A stretch of 64,000 nt of DNA, counting the filler, from Reticulomyxa filosa (Eukaryota > Protista > Foraminifera), in assembly GCA_000512085.1 (NCBI GenBank). It is 25 parts of 25 records of this genome, joined end to end, with 100 filler letters (N's around TTAATTAATTAA, not from the genome) between each part and the next. Parts side by side here need not be neighbours in the genome. Positions count along the whole stretch, not along the records: positions 38,488 to 43,005 come from ASPP01010301.1; positions 43,106 to 44,853 come from ASPP01019376.1; positions 44,954 to 49,455 come from ASPP01000183.1; positions 49,556 to 50,572 come from ASPP01010841.1; positions 50,673 to 51,952 come from ASPP01040587.1; positions 52,053 to 54,657 come from ASPP01021570.1; 19 more parts are not named here. One strand, given 5' to 3'. The notes below the pieces were generated by a model, which saw nothing but the letters and a program-made list of their open reading frames with translations, ran no database searches and was not told the origin of the DNA. Shown one piece after another: positions 39,842 through 53,576 of the stretch. Within the stretch, counting starts at the first letter, position 1. Each line of letters begins with the position of its first letter. The translations under genes were made by a program, and so were the position numbers.

Positions 39842-39873
<32 letters not shown>

Positions 39874-40645
39874 TGTATATATATATTGTTTATATATGTA
39901 CATATATACACTACTCTCTTTGAATCTCCAAACTTTGCTAACGCCACGAGCACTTCTCTTTTGCAAGTGAAACGTATAGTATTTCATAGCATAGTTGTAC
40001 TCTTCCTCCAATGCGTCGGCTTTGGTGAAGAGCCACAAAGGGTCGTGGAGGGGGCATTCGACTCGACGTCGCAACACGTCAGCCTGTGCAAATGGGCGTT
40101 GCGATTCATAATACGAATGACACGTGAGAATGGACGTGCCATTGTGCATGTCGCACTCGTTGGCCTTTTGTATCCATTGCAGTGTTTCGTTCCTCGGATA
40201 GCACTTGTATGTTGGATGGCCGTGTACCGTGCCATCGAGTCCCCGTTCGTGCTCTTCCTTCCTATTCTCATTTGCATTTGCATTTGCATTTGCAATCGCG
40301 TTTACATTTTCATTTGCGTTTGCATTTGTAATTGTATTTGTATTTGTATTTGTATTTGTATTTAAATTTTCGTTTGCATTTACATTTACATTTACATTTA
40401 CATCTGCACTCATATTTGCATTTGCATTTGTATTTGTATTTGCATTCGCATCTGCATGTGCATGTGCATGTGCATGTGCATGTGCGTCCTCTTTGGCAAG
40501 CGCACGATCACTGTAGTATCGCGCACTAACAGTGCCCAAATCGAAGGGATGATACACCGGCATCTCTTGATTTTGTAATTGTATTTGACTTTGGCTTTGA
40601 CTTTGGATCTGTTTGTAGTATTGATGAGAAAATTGGATCAATGAA

Positions 40646-40682
<37 letters not shown>

Positions 40683-41475
40683 GAGAAGGGAGATGATGAG
40701 GATGATAATGTTGCTGATGGTGATGATGAGAATGAGAATGAGAATGAGGAAGAGAATGGTATTGAGAATGCGTCTCTCGAGGGGTTATTCGCGATTGAAA
40801 AGAAGGATGAATTGGAAATGAATGCTTCATTGCTTGTTTTGACTTTGATTTTACTTTTATTTTTTGTGTTTGTGTTTGTCTTTCATTTTCCTCTTTTATC
40901 TCTTCTTCTTCTTCTTCCTCATTATCTTTATCATTGCCATCATCGTTATTATTATCACGTCCTTCTTCTTCTTCTGCCTCTGTTTCTTCTGTGTTCTCGA
41001 ACTCTTCTTTCCACCACGGCGGAACCCATATCGGTCCCTTCTCTCTCCAATACTCACTTTGCTCTGCAAATATGGCTCGCAAGTTCTGCAGCTCGGGCAG
41101 AATGTCCTGAAGACATTGCATTTGCATCAAACACTGCTGGAGCCTCTTCTTGTGCTCCTGCGTTTCTCGCGCATCTTGACTTGCCGATATCGGCTGCTCG
41201 CATTCCTTTAGACTATTGCTACTGCTCACTGTCTCGCTTCCGTTCGCATTCCACATTTGACTGTTGTTCTTCAGCCATTCCAACTCTTTATTACATTCGT
41301 GCTGCAGCCTTCGTCGATGGCTTTCCACACTTGACATACCCTCGTCGGTGCACAGCACCCACTTTAACGCTTTGTATGATGAATGCTTATACATTTGCTT
41401 TTTTTGTTGTTTTCTTTTTGTTAGAGACGCTTCCTGCACTCTTCCTATCGTGTGCAAAACCGACTTTGAGTCCAC
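38488..41475 (-). CDS. Parallel beta-helix (pectin-lyase-like) domain protein with long low-complexity inserts
   Basis: SSLDKALRQYLPNDEIHLYPGVYE...SVTIKG is a typical beta-helix cap. Later exons read NCMFDCNRTDGFFL...GAGIHVAG...SDIYSCG. Poly-Q, HS, HA, NA, NT, NV and ND tracts. Start codon uncertain; 3' end truncated. Confidence 0.7.
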
Positions 41476-42030
41476 TTACACAATTATTCTACTCGGATCA
41501 AGGCAAGGTAATTTTAAGCTTAGAGGAGGATTCTTAAAAAAAGTAAGAGCGGATTTCTTTTATATCCAAACAAAAAGTGTTTTTTTTAAAGGAACGCTCC
41601 TTCCCCGGCTGGCCTTGGCTTTGCGGTACTGTTTAGTTGTACGTTTTGCAGTTCGATCTTTTTTCTTTATAAAACTGACGAAATAAAAAAAAAAACCAAA
41701 AATTTTCATTATGCGGATTAAATATTTAAAAATTAAGGTCAACCAATCAAGACATACCCTTTTCAAGTCCGAATATCCTCAGTCAAACCAATCAAGAAAA
41801 CATAGAATCAGTCAAGAGTTTTGTTGGTTGTAATTGTTGAATCTTTGATTTTGACGAGAAGTGTGTTTGACATTGCTGCTGAGTTGCAAATCAAAGGATC
41901 ACACTCACAAATTAAAAAGCGAAGAAGTACTTCACAAAATATTTTTTCCGCTGGACCACAATTTGAAACGATCGTTTTTGAGACAAAAAAACAAAAAAAA
42001 AAATTCTAAGGGAACAATGTTCTGCCTCAA

Positions 42031-43005
42031 TCACTTTATGTTGTTCCCAGATAGTTCCTTGTCTCGTATGTCGGCCAGTTTTGAAATCTGTCCAATAATT
42101 GATAAAAGTTTTTGGTCTTTGAGAACACACGCAACAGTGGCGGTGTAGTTCTCAAGCTTTACTTGAACAAAATCGGTAAGGACATTGATAACAAAATAGC
42201 GCAAAATATTTGCTGTGACACAAGGCAAAGACGGCTTTTTTTTTGGGACAACTCCAACAGCAATTGCCATATCCGTTTGGATTGCATGGCGTCTTGCAGC
42301 AACAATCCCAAAAGCAAAGCCAAAGAAAACAAAAGCAATTTTTTGGACGAATATGCATGACAGTCACTCGCCACAATTGCGTGGCTATTTTCGGCTGTTT
42401 CTATGTCATGTATTGAGTGAGACAGTTGAAGATAATACTCAACCATGTGCTGCAGTGCGTCCACTCCATTTATACCTTTTTTGTGTTTTATTTGTTTAAT
42501 GTGTGTAATCAAGAGAACGTTATAAACTCCCACATGACAAAAACGAAAACAAGATACATGCAAATTGTGCGTGCTGTATATATCAATCGAAGAACAGATG
42601 GATGCAGCAAAAAAAAAAAACTAAAACGGTAAGTGTGAAAGTGTTTTTGAAAAAATTGGTTCCGTTCCGAGCAATTGATAAACACAGATAAGCACATGGT
42701 TAGTGAGTCAACCATTTCGTGCTTTCTGAAGTGTCCAAAAATATCAAACAACGATTGAAACGTTTCCTCTTTCAGTTTTACGGCGCGGCTATGTGTGATG
42801 TTGGTCAGTATTTTCAATGCCAACTCTGCCATCTTTTGCAAATGCATATTCATCTTGTCCTCTCCCAGGTTCATCTGTTGCAATAACCAAAAAAAATCAT
42901 CAAAACTAATTTTTTTTAAAAAAAAAAGAGACAAACCTGGATTTGCCTTAAAATGCCTCCACAACATTCAATCATTTTCAACAAAGCCTGCTTTTGAGTT
43001 TCCAA
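42031..43005 (-). CDS. WAPL: WAPL-like cohesin release factor, C-terminal part
   Basis: ALKILTNITH...LTMCLSVFINCSERN...VDALQHMVEYY...SLALLLGLL follows the order of WAPL-domain motifs (LxNLT, GLLINLVE, ALLLG). Several introns. Confidence 0.6.
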
Positions 43006-43521
43006 NNNNNNNNNNNNNNNNNNNNNNNNNNNNNNNNNNNNNNNNNNNNTTAATTAATTAANNNNNNNNNNNNNNNNNNNNNNNNNNNNNNNNNNNNNNN
43101 NNNNNGTAGTTCTCTTTCATGAAGATTTTCTATTTAAAAACAATGTCTTTGTCAATCTTAATTTCCACTCAAGTTGTTTTAATTTGATTACATGAAGTGA
43201 CTCAAACATTCACAATGCTAGAGCACGCCAAATTACCACCAAATGCTTCATAACTTATCGTTAAATTCAAGCACATCCTTTTGTTGAGGAAATCCCGTTT
43301 TTTAAACAATTCCTGACATAGGAAATAAAAAAAATGAGAAACCACGTTACAGTTATATTTCAGAAATTTCGTCTTTGACAAGTGATTATGAAGATACTAA
43401 AGAATACCAAAAAGAAGGAAGAACAAGTATAGATTGCAAATCGTTTAGCTTTTATTTTACTTTTAATCCAAAGTCAACTTTTTGAAATGATCACAAACCC
43501 GTGAAATAGATTAACACTGTG

Positions 43522-44170
43522 TCAACTCAAAGAAGAGGATTGATTAGTTTTAATAAATTCAATGTAAGTATCAATGGAAAAACGAATAGAAGCGATATCA
43601 TCTTTTGTAATTTTATGTTTCCATTTGCACTCATTTAATAACCATACTCCAAATTGTTCATTTGACATTATTTTAAATTTTTGAATGGTCTCTGTTTTAT
43701 CTTTTCGTTCTCTTTCATTCCCTATTTCATCAATCTTTTGTTTTTTTCCTATTTTTATTTTTTTGTTTAACATATATAACATAATACAACAAATAAATAA
43801 ACATATTCATAACGTAGGTGTAATTTTCATTAAGCTTTTTTTCTCTTGTTTGCTCATCCTTTTCGTTTGCGTTCTATTTCAAAAAAATATAATTAATTTG
43901 TTAATTAAAAATGATTTTTCATTTTCCAGTTATAAAGCAGTGCTCAACATCGTTGTCTTTTTTTACTTTGTTTTGTTGTTTGTTTGTTTCTTTTTTTACT
44001 ATTGCTCCCATTTCGTTTTTCTTCTTTTCTTTTTCTTCTTCCACTTTCAATTGAATTCCTTTTTTCATTTCTTCTTCAGTCAACCATTCACGAACTTCAG
44101 TTTTCATGTGTATTAACATGCTTTCGAAGTTGTTATTTTGTCCTCCAATAATATGCAAATACGTGTTGTC
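43522..44170 (-). pseudogene. 5'-truncated Kelch-family gene fragment (last blade plus charged tail)
   Basis: HIIGG...HMKTEVREW matches the end of the Kelch gene at 18053 (HIIGG...HMKTKVCLW). No upstream blades are present. Confidence 0.65.
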
Positions 44171-44316
44171 ATATCAATGAATCTCAATTCAAACAATTGA
44201 AAACATGTACACAGTTTTATTAAAATATTTATTTGAATTATTGAAACATAATAAAAAAAAATCGATGCTTTATAACATGAATCTGTGAAAAAGGATGCAA
44301 AAATAATTGAATTGCA

Positions 44317-44514
44317 AATGTGATATGTTCTGGATCAGATGATAATACAATTCGTTTTTGGGATATTTGATCAATAAGAATGAATTGTATGTGATCAAAG
44401 GATATATTGGAGTAATGCGTTTGAAGTTTTTACAATTAAAAAAGAATAACATTGGATGTTGTATTAATTTGTGTTATGGTTCACGTAAGGGTTTGATTCG
44501 TATTAAGGGATAGT
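44317..44514 (+). pseudogene. WD40-family 3' fragment
   Basis: NVICSGSDDNTIRFWDI*S, then a frameshift to NKNELYVIKG...LKFLQL...NLCYGSRKGLIR. Homologous to about 35340-35554. Confidence 0.8.
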
Positions 44515-46055
44515 GAACATATGGTTTGCTGATTTGATTATGAATGAATTAAATGACAAAATATGTTAAACAGCTGTTGAGACGAAAAGCATACCAACTA
44601 TGATGTTTTATTTCAAATTCAAATACTTAAGCTTAAACAAACAAAAAAGTAATTTTCCTTCCAAATAAATGTTCAATAATTTACAATTTAAGAAACAGGA
44701 GACAAAAAAGAGATGACTTGACAATAAAACACATTAGTGTCAAAATAAAATCGAACCCATTTCTTATCAATTTCTTTGAAATCTTTAATAAGTTTTGGAA
44801 ATTTGGAATTATAAAATCGATAAAAATGGACTCGTTCCGTTGAATTAAGACATNNNNNNNNNNNNNNNNNNNNNNNNNNNNNNNNNNNNNNNNNNNNTTA
44901 ATTAATTAANNNNNNNNNNNNNNNNNNNNNNNNNNNNNNNNNNNNNNNNNNNNACTGTAATGAACAATGACTCAAGATTTAAAGGTTTATAAAAAAACCG
45001 AATATAAGTTTTTTTTTTCATGATCTATTTTTCTTTTTGTTTTCCCTTTTTTTTTGTGCAAAATTGATGAAATATTCTATTATATTTTGGATTGCTTTAG
45101 GTTAAAAAACAAACTTATAATAAATAAAAGACCTAAGAAAGTTTGTTGAGTTTTTGTGAAAGGAGACGCTCAGTTCGAACAGCGATAATTTTAAGGGAGG
45201 AAAGTATTGTTCACCTCCTTGCCGTTTTTCACAGCTTTGAGTCTTTGTCGCTGTATGCTATTGACATGGAGTTCACACTACACACAATACGCTGTAGAAT
45301 TTTTTTTAAAAAAAAAGAAATTTATTTGATTAGCAAAAGATCATTATGCTATCCACACACGTGCATGGAGGATAAACCACGGAGAAAATATTTTAAAATA
45401 AAAAAGCAAGGTGCTAAGTGTTTATTGAATTCATGAACAACCTTCATCTCCTTAAGAATTTTCTTAAGGGACCCTTTTTTATATTGATATAGCTAGATTT
45501 TGGTGCTGGATCAAAAAAAAAAGTATTATTTTATGTCTGACGTTGTAGAACGACGCCGTACATAAAATTTTACTTTTTCATTTTTTGCCTTTTCCCTTTT
45601 TTTAAAATTTTTTATTAGTTTGCTTGTTGATCTGTTTTATGAATTTTTTAAAAATATTTGTTATTTGAAAAATTACAATTTTAATTCATTGATAATTGTT
45701 TTATATGTTGTTGCATTTTATTAATTTTGATTTTTTTATTTTAAAAGTAGATTTGGTGTTAGTTTTAGTGTGGCATATTATAATTGTTACTAATTTGTTT
45801 ATTTGTTGTGTGTAAGAATATTATTTTGATTTATGCAGCTCAATGTGTTAATTGATATATTTATTGCTTTTAAATAAGAAAGACTGTTTGCAAGTAAAAA
45901 GACATATTTAATGCAACCAAATTTACAATGCTTTTTCAGTTTTGAAATGCAAAACTCGAAATAAGCAAAATATAAATTTTTACACTGTCACAAAGCGTGA
46001 AGCAAATTTTTTTACCGTTTCCGTTTTTTGTTTCAAGGGGGCAATAATTCCCTCA

Positions 46056-46545
<490 letters not shown>

Positions 46546-47114
46546 GATTTTGTTTGCAAATTGCTCTAAATATTGTATATTCTTTCAAAGTTTCCATATA
46601 CTGGATATGGAACAACATTTTTCAAAATTTGAAAAAAATAATAATTTAATTTCAACGCTTTCAAAAATATATCAGGATTTCTACTTTTATCTTTTGTACT
46701 TGTGTACCTCTTTCGTTTGCAATATGAACTTTATTTGCTATTGCCAGATCCGAAAAAACTTTTTGTAATTAGTGTTTCCCGTAGCTATGCCATTTTCAGA
46801 TGAACATTAACTCTATTTACATATTGACACATTAAAATACTATTATTGTGCGAAGAGAACATTTCAAACGGTTAGATTGGCCTTAGCTTTTAAAAAATTG
46901 AACTAATGAACCAAAGTATTCAACAAAGGACATAGCCTTGGCAAAATGTAAACACGAGAAAAAAACATTGCTGAAAATTTACAACATTACGTGCAAATAA
47001 AAAAAAGCACAATTTAAACTGCCAGTCACTCCTAAGAAAAACAAGGATAAGATAACATGCAAGACAGAAAAAAAAAAGAAAGACAAGTTAGAGATGCATA
47101 TATTGAGTTGATAA

Positions 47115-48132
47115 TTAAACGCTAAAAATATAATTAGGCATTTGTTCAGCGCATCCACATCTTTGTTCAACACGACTTCTTGAACAATGACAGAAAAATT
47201 CTTGCAGTTCGTCTGCGACACTTTCTTGAGTGAAGAAATATCCAATCAAAACGATGTACCAAGTCGAAGCATAAATGGAAATCCATTCAAAAAGGTAATA
47301 CTGTTCCTCGTCGTTTTGCACATAAGCAATCCCAAAGCGTACCATGCAGGCAACAACCACAACACTCCACAAAATTAAAATCACGCTAACGAAAAGGGAT
47401 CTACAACAGCCACTCTCACAACAGCCATTTTGGGTCCATGTCTTTATTGATATATAACACATTGCATCAATACAATTATACGCAAAAAAAAAAAAAAAAG
47501 GCTCATTTGAATTTTGTGTGTTGGACAAACAGTTACGTAACAGATTGAATAGCCAATATTGAATGCGTGACAAGCCACAAAATAATAAATCCAAACGTAC
47601 AAATCGCGAGTATTGCGTGTAGGATTGGATGGTTGTCAATGTGGACTACAGCAAGCCCAGCAAAGCAAATGGAAAAGGCAAATCCAAAAATTGAAGAGAA
47701 CAAGTTTAGTCTGTATTTATTAAAAATCAATAGACACACAGGAAGGCATCTGTCATTACAAAGAGGGGGATACAAACAAACCAAAAAAATGTACGATACA
47801 TAAAACAAACGTAACACTCTCCAAAATAGCGAATAGCGCTTCTCTAAACGTAATAGAATTTCCAGTTGGATATTTCGCGACACTACTATGACAAACACCA
47901 GCACTGCGTTTATCACCAACATCAGAGTTACAAAGGCTCGGACCGTAAAATTTGTTTCTCCTGTCATCATGTTGACTCCCAATAGTGCGTGGGAGATCGA
48001 CTGTTTAAATCGGCCCTCGTGGGAGTTGTGAAGAGCTAATTCCAGTGAGCCCGTCACCAACAAGGGTGACACAATTGTCAAGATTACAAGAAAAGTTTCA
48101 AAGCAACTGCAACACTTTTCAGGAGAACCCAT
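47115..48132 (-). CDS. Frag1/DRAM/Sfk1-family multi-pass membrane protein
   Basis: About six TM helices with family-like landmarks (SIS after TM1, NLFSSIFG, HPILHAILA...F, LFEW before the last helix). Introns present; 3' end approximate. Confidence 0.7.
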
Positions 48133-48334
48133 TTTCTATATCCGGCGAACAGGTAAACTAAAACTGACTGTAGCTTTTTTTGTTTTTGCTGTTTCCCGTA
48201 CAACAAGACCAACAAACACCAGTTCTGCAAATTTCTACTGCAAAAAATTAGACATTCGCAAATTGTTTTAGTTTGCAGATTCACGTGAGGGTTTGTTTTT
48301 TACAAAAAAGCCTGAACGTTTACTGCAAACTGAA

Positions 48335-49455
48335 ATGCAAGCAGAAGACGAAGACAACACTGTAGACAATGACCAAAAAGTGACCTCAACTGGAGATGCA
48401 ACAGATAATCCACTTCGCATGGTGGAGAAATTTGACGAGTTGTTTACGCAGTACGACAAGAACCACGACGGACTAATAGACTACGACGAATGGAACGAGA
48501 TGATTCATTTAAGCGACGAAACGGCACTGAGTCACTTGTCAGATAACGACGCCCATATGTTATTTACGATATTATCAAAGCAAAGCGGTTTTGTAAGATA
48601 TCCAGAATTGGTGGAAGAGTTAACATTAGCAGCACAACAAAATTCCACAATGCCAGCCAACGAATTTATCAATTCATTTTTTGCGAGATTTATGGCCCTT
48701 CAGCAAACTCGACATCGAAGCACATATTCACCAATGAATCTCGGTTTATCTCGGTTGAACACTTCTTCGAGACTGTTGGTATTTAATTTATGTTTCTGTT
48801 TTGAAAAGCTAAATTTGAAACCAAAATAAAAAAAAAATAAAAAAAATTAAAAAAATAAAAAATAAAATAAAAAAAAAAAAAAAAGGAAACCGAATCAGTC
48901 GAAACATTACAAAAAAAATATGAGGGATTAAAACAACAATGGAAAGAAAAAGAAATGGAATGGAAAGAAGAAAAGATTGGATTGGAGACACAAATAAAGC
49001 GATTTGAATTGGAAAATGAGCAATTGAAAACGTATAACGAAGAAGTGGAAAACGAATTGAAAAAATGGAAAGAAATGGAAATGGAACACTATGCACAAAA
49101 AGAGGACAAGAATGTAATGAAAGAGCAGCTATTTGAAATGGAAGACGATATACGTCGTTTCTATGAGGACTTGGAACGAGCGAATACAATGAATTTGCAT
49201 TTGAAGCAGCAAGTAGATCAACTGAGTGAGCAAAAAAAAAAATGATGGAAGAGCAGCGGATATTACAAAATGAAAAACAAGATTTCATCCAAGACTTGAA
49301 ATTGGCAGAAATGAAATTGCAAATGACACAAATCAAGTTTGACGAAATGTGTGATAAGCATCGTTCTGCACTTTTGCAAATCGAAGAAATGGAACAACTG
49401 CATAAGCAACAAGTTTGTAGAGAAAAAGGGGGAGGAGAGAGAGGGGGGGGGGGGG
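48335..49455 (+). CDS. EF-hand plus long coiled-coil protein, 5' part
   Basis: Canonical EF-hand loop DKNHDGLIDYDE and a degenerate second hand. Intron 48779-48885, then E/K/Q-rich heptads with poly-A frameshifts. Confidence 0.8.
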
Positions 49456-50073
49456 NNNNNNNNNNNNNNNNNNNNNNNNNNNNNNNNNNNNNNNNNNNNT
49501 TAATTAATTAANNNNNNNNNNNNNNNNNNNNNNNNNNNNNNNNNNNNNNNNNNNNTTTTTTTTCCTTCTTTTTTTTCTTTTTGAAGGAAAAAAATATTTG
49601 GTGTGGAGAAGTTATATTGCGTTTGAAAAAAAAAAAAAGGGAAAAAAAATGTGTCACAATTGAAGAACGAAGTTTCAGAGTCACATTTTCAAACATAAGT
49701 CTTGCAAATAATAACCAGCCTTTCAAATCCAAATGCAAAACCACAAAACCTTTTTTTAACAAAGTGCTTTGCTCAAAAAAAAAAAATAATTTTCACAAAC
49801 TAGGGGTACGTCTTATTTCAAAAGAACCATGCCCAGAATAAAAAGGTAGCATTTGTGCCACGAAATAGAAAAACATAATTAAAAAAAAATAAAAAAAACA
49901 AATTGTTGTCTCTCAAAAAGTTAATCATAACAATCAAAGATAAATTCAATTACAGCATTACATTTTATCTTTTTTTTTTTTTTAGTGCGCCAATGTGTAG
50001 TCGTACTTTGAGGGACAAAGATCATACCGAAAAAAAGCAAATAAAATACACATACGACAAAGAGTAAACAATA

Positions 50074-50463
50074 TTAAGAAAAACTTGACACATATAAAGC
50101 TTGCATTAATTGATAGCATTCATTAACGGGTTCGATAAATAACTTGCAGTACTCTGCAACCGAGTCGACATGTTGCATCGAAGCAACACGAGCTTTGATC
50201 TCTTCTTTACAGCTAAACGAAACGTTAATTTCCAGCTCAGTGCTAGTGACTAAAAAGGTCTTGACCAAATGCGATGCGATGACGTGCATGTTTTCTTTCT
50301 TTCCAGAAAGCATATCCATAATTTCGTCTTGTAAGGCCGTCAAGTGGCTGAGATCAATCTCAAACAGGTCATCGTAAGGAGAGCCAATTTCGGTTTTGTC
50401 ACAGACAAATTCTTTCATTATTATTTTGCGAAACATTATCACCCATTGGAAAAACAGCAAATT
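50074..50463 (-). CDS. RGS (regulator of G-protein signalling) domain, terminal exon
   Basis: NLLFFQWV..FRK...ASHLVKTFLVTSTELEINVS...IK...LFIEPVNECYQLM fits the RGS consensus ENLxF...EINI...F..A..E...LM. Confidence 0.8.
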   Translation of the reverse strand, partial: NLLFFQWVIMFRKIIMKEFVCDKTEIGSPYDDLFEIDLSHLTALQDEIMDMLSGKKENMHVIASHLVKTFLVTSTELEINVSFSCKEEIKARVASMQHVDSVAEYCKLFIEPVNECYQLMQALYVSSFS

Positions 50464-51015
50464 CTGACACGTTTATTCGAGTTGTCAAAAAAAAAAAAAA
50501 AAAAAGGTAGAAAATAAAATAAATGCTTGCCACCAATTATTTTTTTTTTTTCTTATTTTTTAATTGGACAAANNNNNNNNNNNNNNNNNNNNNNNNNNNN
50601 NNNNNNNNNNNNNNNNTTAATTAATTAANNNNNNNNNNNNNNNNNNNNNNNNNNNNNNNNNNNNNNNNNNNNAAAAAAAAAACAAAGAGTCAAAGCTATC
50701 AATGATTTAATTTATGTGTTCCTTTTTTTTGGAATTATCATCAGTCGAAAAAATTTTTGATACTGAAAACAAAAAATAGATGAAAAATTTCAGGTATGTG
50801 TACACACAATCAACCCGATGATACATTATCAAAACACGTACATCTTCGACTGCTACAATTGCAACAAAATCAAAATTTCTGAACATTCCAAGAGTGGAAA
50901 TTGTATTAGCAAATATAATTTTTGTTGTTTTTTAAAGCTTTACTCTCTTATCAAAAAATACAGTTTAAAAAAAGGACTCCTGTAGAATCCCTAACAGTGG
51001 AGAGAAAACAACTCA

Positions 51016-51952
51016 ATGAACGTGGACAAAGTTTGCAATTGGTCTTTAAAGTCAAGATTCTCCAAGAAAGACATGACATCACAATTTCGACAAGTGGCGA
51101 AAACTCTACAGCAACGATTGGGCGTGTGTCAAGACTGCAGAATACTTGAAGCTAGAGGTACATTGAAACTAACAACGATAATAGATTCTGAAAATTTTGC
51201 GCAGCTGGGCGAGCACAATAAAGACAGCATTGTGACAAAGAGACATCATGAATCGGCCTCTTTGCATATCTTTTTAAACAAAATTGTAAACAAAGCCACA
51301 TTGGATCAAATCGCAAAAGGCTATTCCATTACTCACAATGGTGGACTTGCCAACTTGACGACGGCACGCCTGTAGATAGCAATGATATGAACCAGCAGTC
51401 GATGATTTGGCAAGTGAAAGATCGTACAAGAAATCATAATGATTACGCATACAACTCAACTACTCGTGACTATGTCTTGGTAATCGAGTTGATTACTAGC
51501 AATAGAAAAGGTGCTTTTTAAATATCTTAGATATTATGTATACATACGTATACATAATATACATGTACACATGTCTTTTTTCCATCTTTTTACTTTGTTG
51601 AGTTGCATATCGATTTTTAACAACTTAAAAAAAACAATCTGCTGACTTTTTTGCAGGTGTGATCAAATACACTGGGAAAGACGAGCCAACTTTTTCTCGA
51701 TCAATCAAAAGGAGTTGTTGATATGAGCAGCATTATCGTGTTGAAGAATGGATTTGAAGAAGGAGTTGAGATTTTTTTTTGGGGGGGACACATTATTTTG
51801 TAAGAACATTTTGGACTGAACTGATTTGGATTTTAGATTGTCAGATACTCTGGCGCTCCTGATTTTGGCAAAGGTGAAAAGTTTGTTGGCGTGGAACTCA
51901 ACGAATGAGACGAAAAATAGAAAGCAGTACTTTAGTTGCAAGACAATGGCAA
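51016..51952 (+). pseudogene. Degraded gene containing a CAP-Gly domain
   Basis: 51837-51950 reads IVRYSGAPDFGKGEKFVGVELNE* and, in another frame, KQYFSCK. Upstream coding-like blocks contain stops. Confidence 0.65.
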
Positions 51953-52254
51953 NNNNNNNNNNNNNNNNNNNNNNNNNNNNNNNNNNNNNNNNNNNNTTAA
52001 TTAATTAANNNNNNNNNNNNNNNNNNNNNNNNNNNNNNNNNNNNNNNNNNNNATAAAAGTGCAAATGATACGCATTCTCGCAGAATTTTCAAAAATCATT
52101 TGAAAGAATGTTGATTTCATCCGACAAAAAAAAAAGTTATTAAAAAATCAATATCATATTTAAAAACTACAATACTTGTAGATATTTTTTAAAAAAAAAT
52201 TAGGTCTAAATGTTGATTTTTCATTGATAAAATCAATTATCATCATAAGATATA

Positions 52255-53260
52255 TTTTAGGAGTTCAGTTTTCTTTTCAACCTACTGTATGTTGCCTTTC
52301 ATCTCTTGAATCACATTAAAGTGCTAGCAACTAAGTGCCACTTCACCTCCATAGTTTTCCAATGCTTTTTGAGCATTTTCATCTGAAGAGTTTACACAAA
52401 CATTTCATATTTGTTGTAGTTCTTAAATAAATAAATATATACGTATATAAATTATAGACTCAATATTAACTGAGGCATTTGACCCTACTGACAACAGACA
52501 TTATCAAGGTTTCGCTAATATCTTTGGAGTGATTTTGTTTCATTTCGACAAGTGCTGATGATATGTCTTTCACTTCAACTAGCATTGCTTGTAGCCTCTC
52601 TTCCACGTGCTTTTGTGATACTTTTAACTCTAAATTTGCTACTGTTTCTACTCATTGAAAACAAAACAAAACAAACAAGTAAAATTAGTACATTTGTTCT
52701 GTTTATTTAAAAAAAAGATATTGACAATATCAATTATCGTTATATTCTTTTTTAAATCCAAAAATTGAAATGTATTACCATACTTATGAAAAAAATAAAA
52801 GCATACACCAAATTTATGGACGATATAGAAAAAAATACGTTGAAAAGTAGACGTCAGTGAATTAATAACATTGATTTCATCCTCACTATTTTGAAGGAAT
52901 AAGTTTTTAATGAATTCAAGATAGTGCACATAATCGTGTGCCAGTATATTCGGGGAAAAAATTTCGAAGTGTTGCCGTTTCACCATTTGTGCTATACTTG
53001 ATTTATTTTTGTTCTTTAATGTTGATTTAATATTTCACCTTTTTTTGTAATAAAAAAAGACTACAATTATGAAGATTGAACAACATAGACGTTAGTATTT
53101 GCAAATTCTTTCAAGTCTTTGGATTGCGTTGCGTCTAGTGTCCATGATATCAACTTAACGTCATTTATAATTAATACAAATTTTTGCAAAAAAAGTTGTA
53201 TTTTGAAGTAGATTAGACAATATTTGAAAGAATTTTGAAGAATCAATCCAAAGGTTTTCA
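52255..53260 (-). pseudogene. Degraded helical/coiled-coil gene of a multicopy family
   Basis: Exon-like blocks (MVKRQHFEIF...; ETVANLELKVSQKHVEERLQAML...) with stops. 52255-52292 is nearly identical to 58068-58105. Confidence 0.5.
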
Positions 53261-53576
53261 ACTAATTTCGTCTTTGCAAAGTTCATATCGAAAGCTGACA
53301 AGACAAGATTCAAAGCAACACATTACTAAAAAAAAATTTTTCTAGTGAAAATATCATATACTGTGAAATGCCAGATCTCTGTCAACTTCTTAATTTTTGC
53401 TAAAAAAAAAATTGAATGATAAGAACATATGAATGCATTTTAGCAAATAAGAGTCGTCTTTTAAAATTTTTTGCTTTCAAAAGAAAACAAATATTCTTGA
53501 ACGGGCAAAAAAAATATTGATTGTACGTGTTTTCGCAATTTGGAATTACACTATGTTTTTTTAAGTTTTATTTCGA

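Noticed and set aside
40641-41537. 298-aa plus-strand ORF and other overlapping ORFs at 39187-41686
   Set aside because: Antisense shadows of the repeat-rich minus-strand gene.
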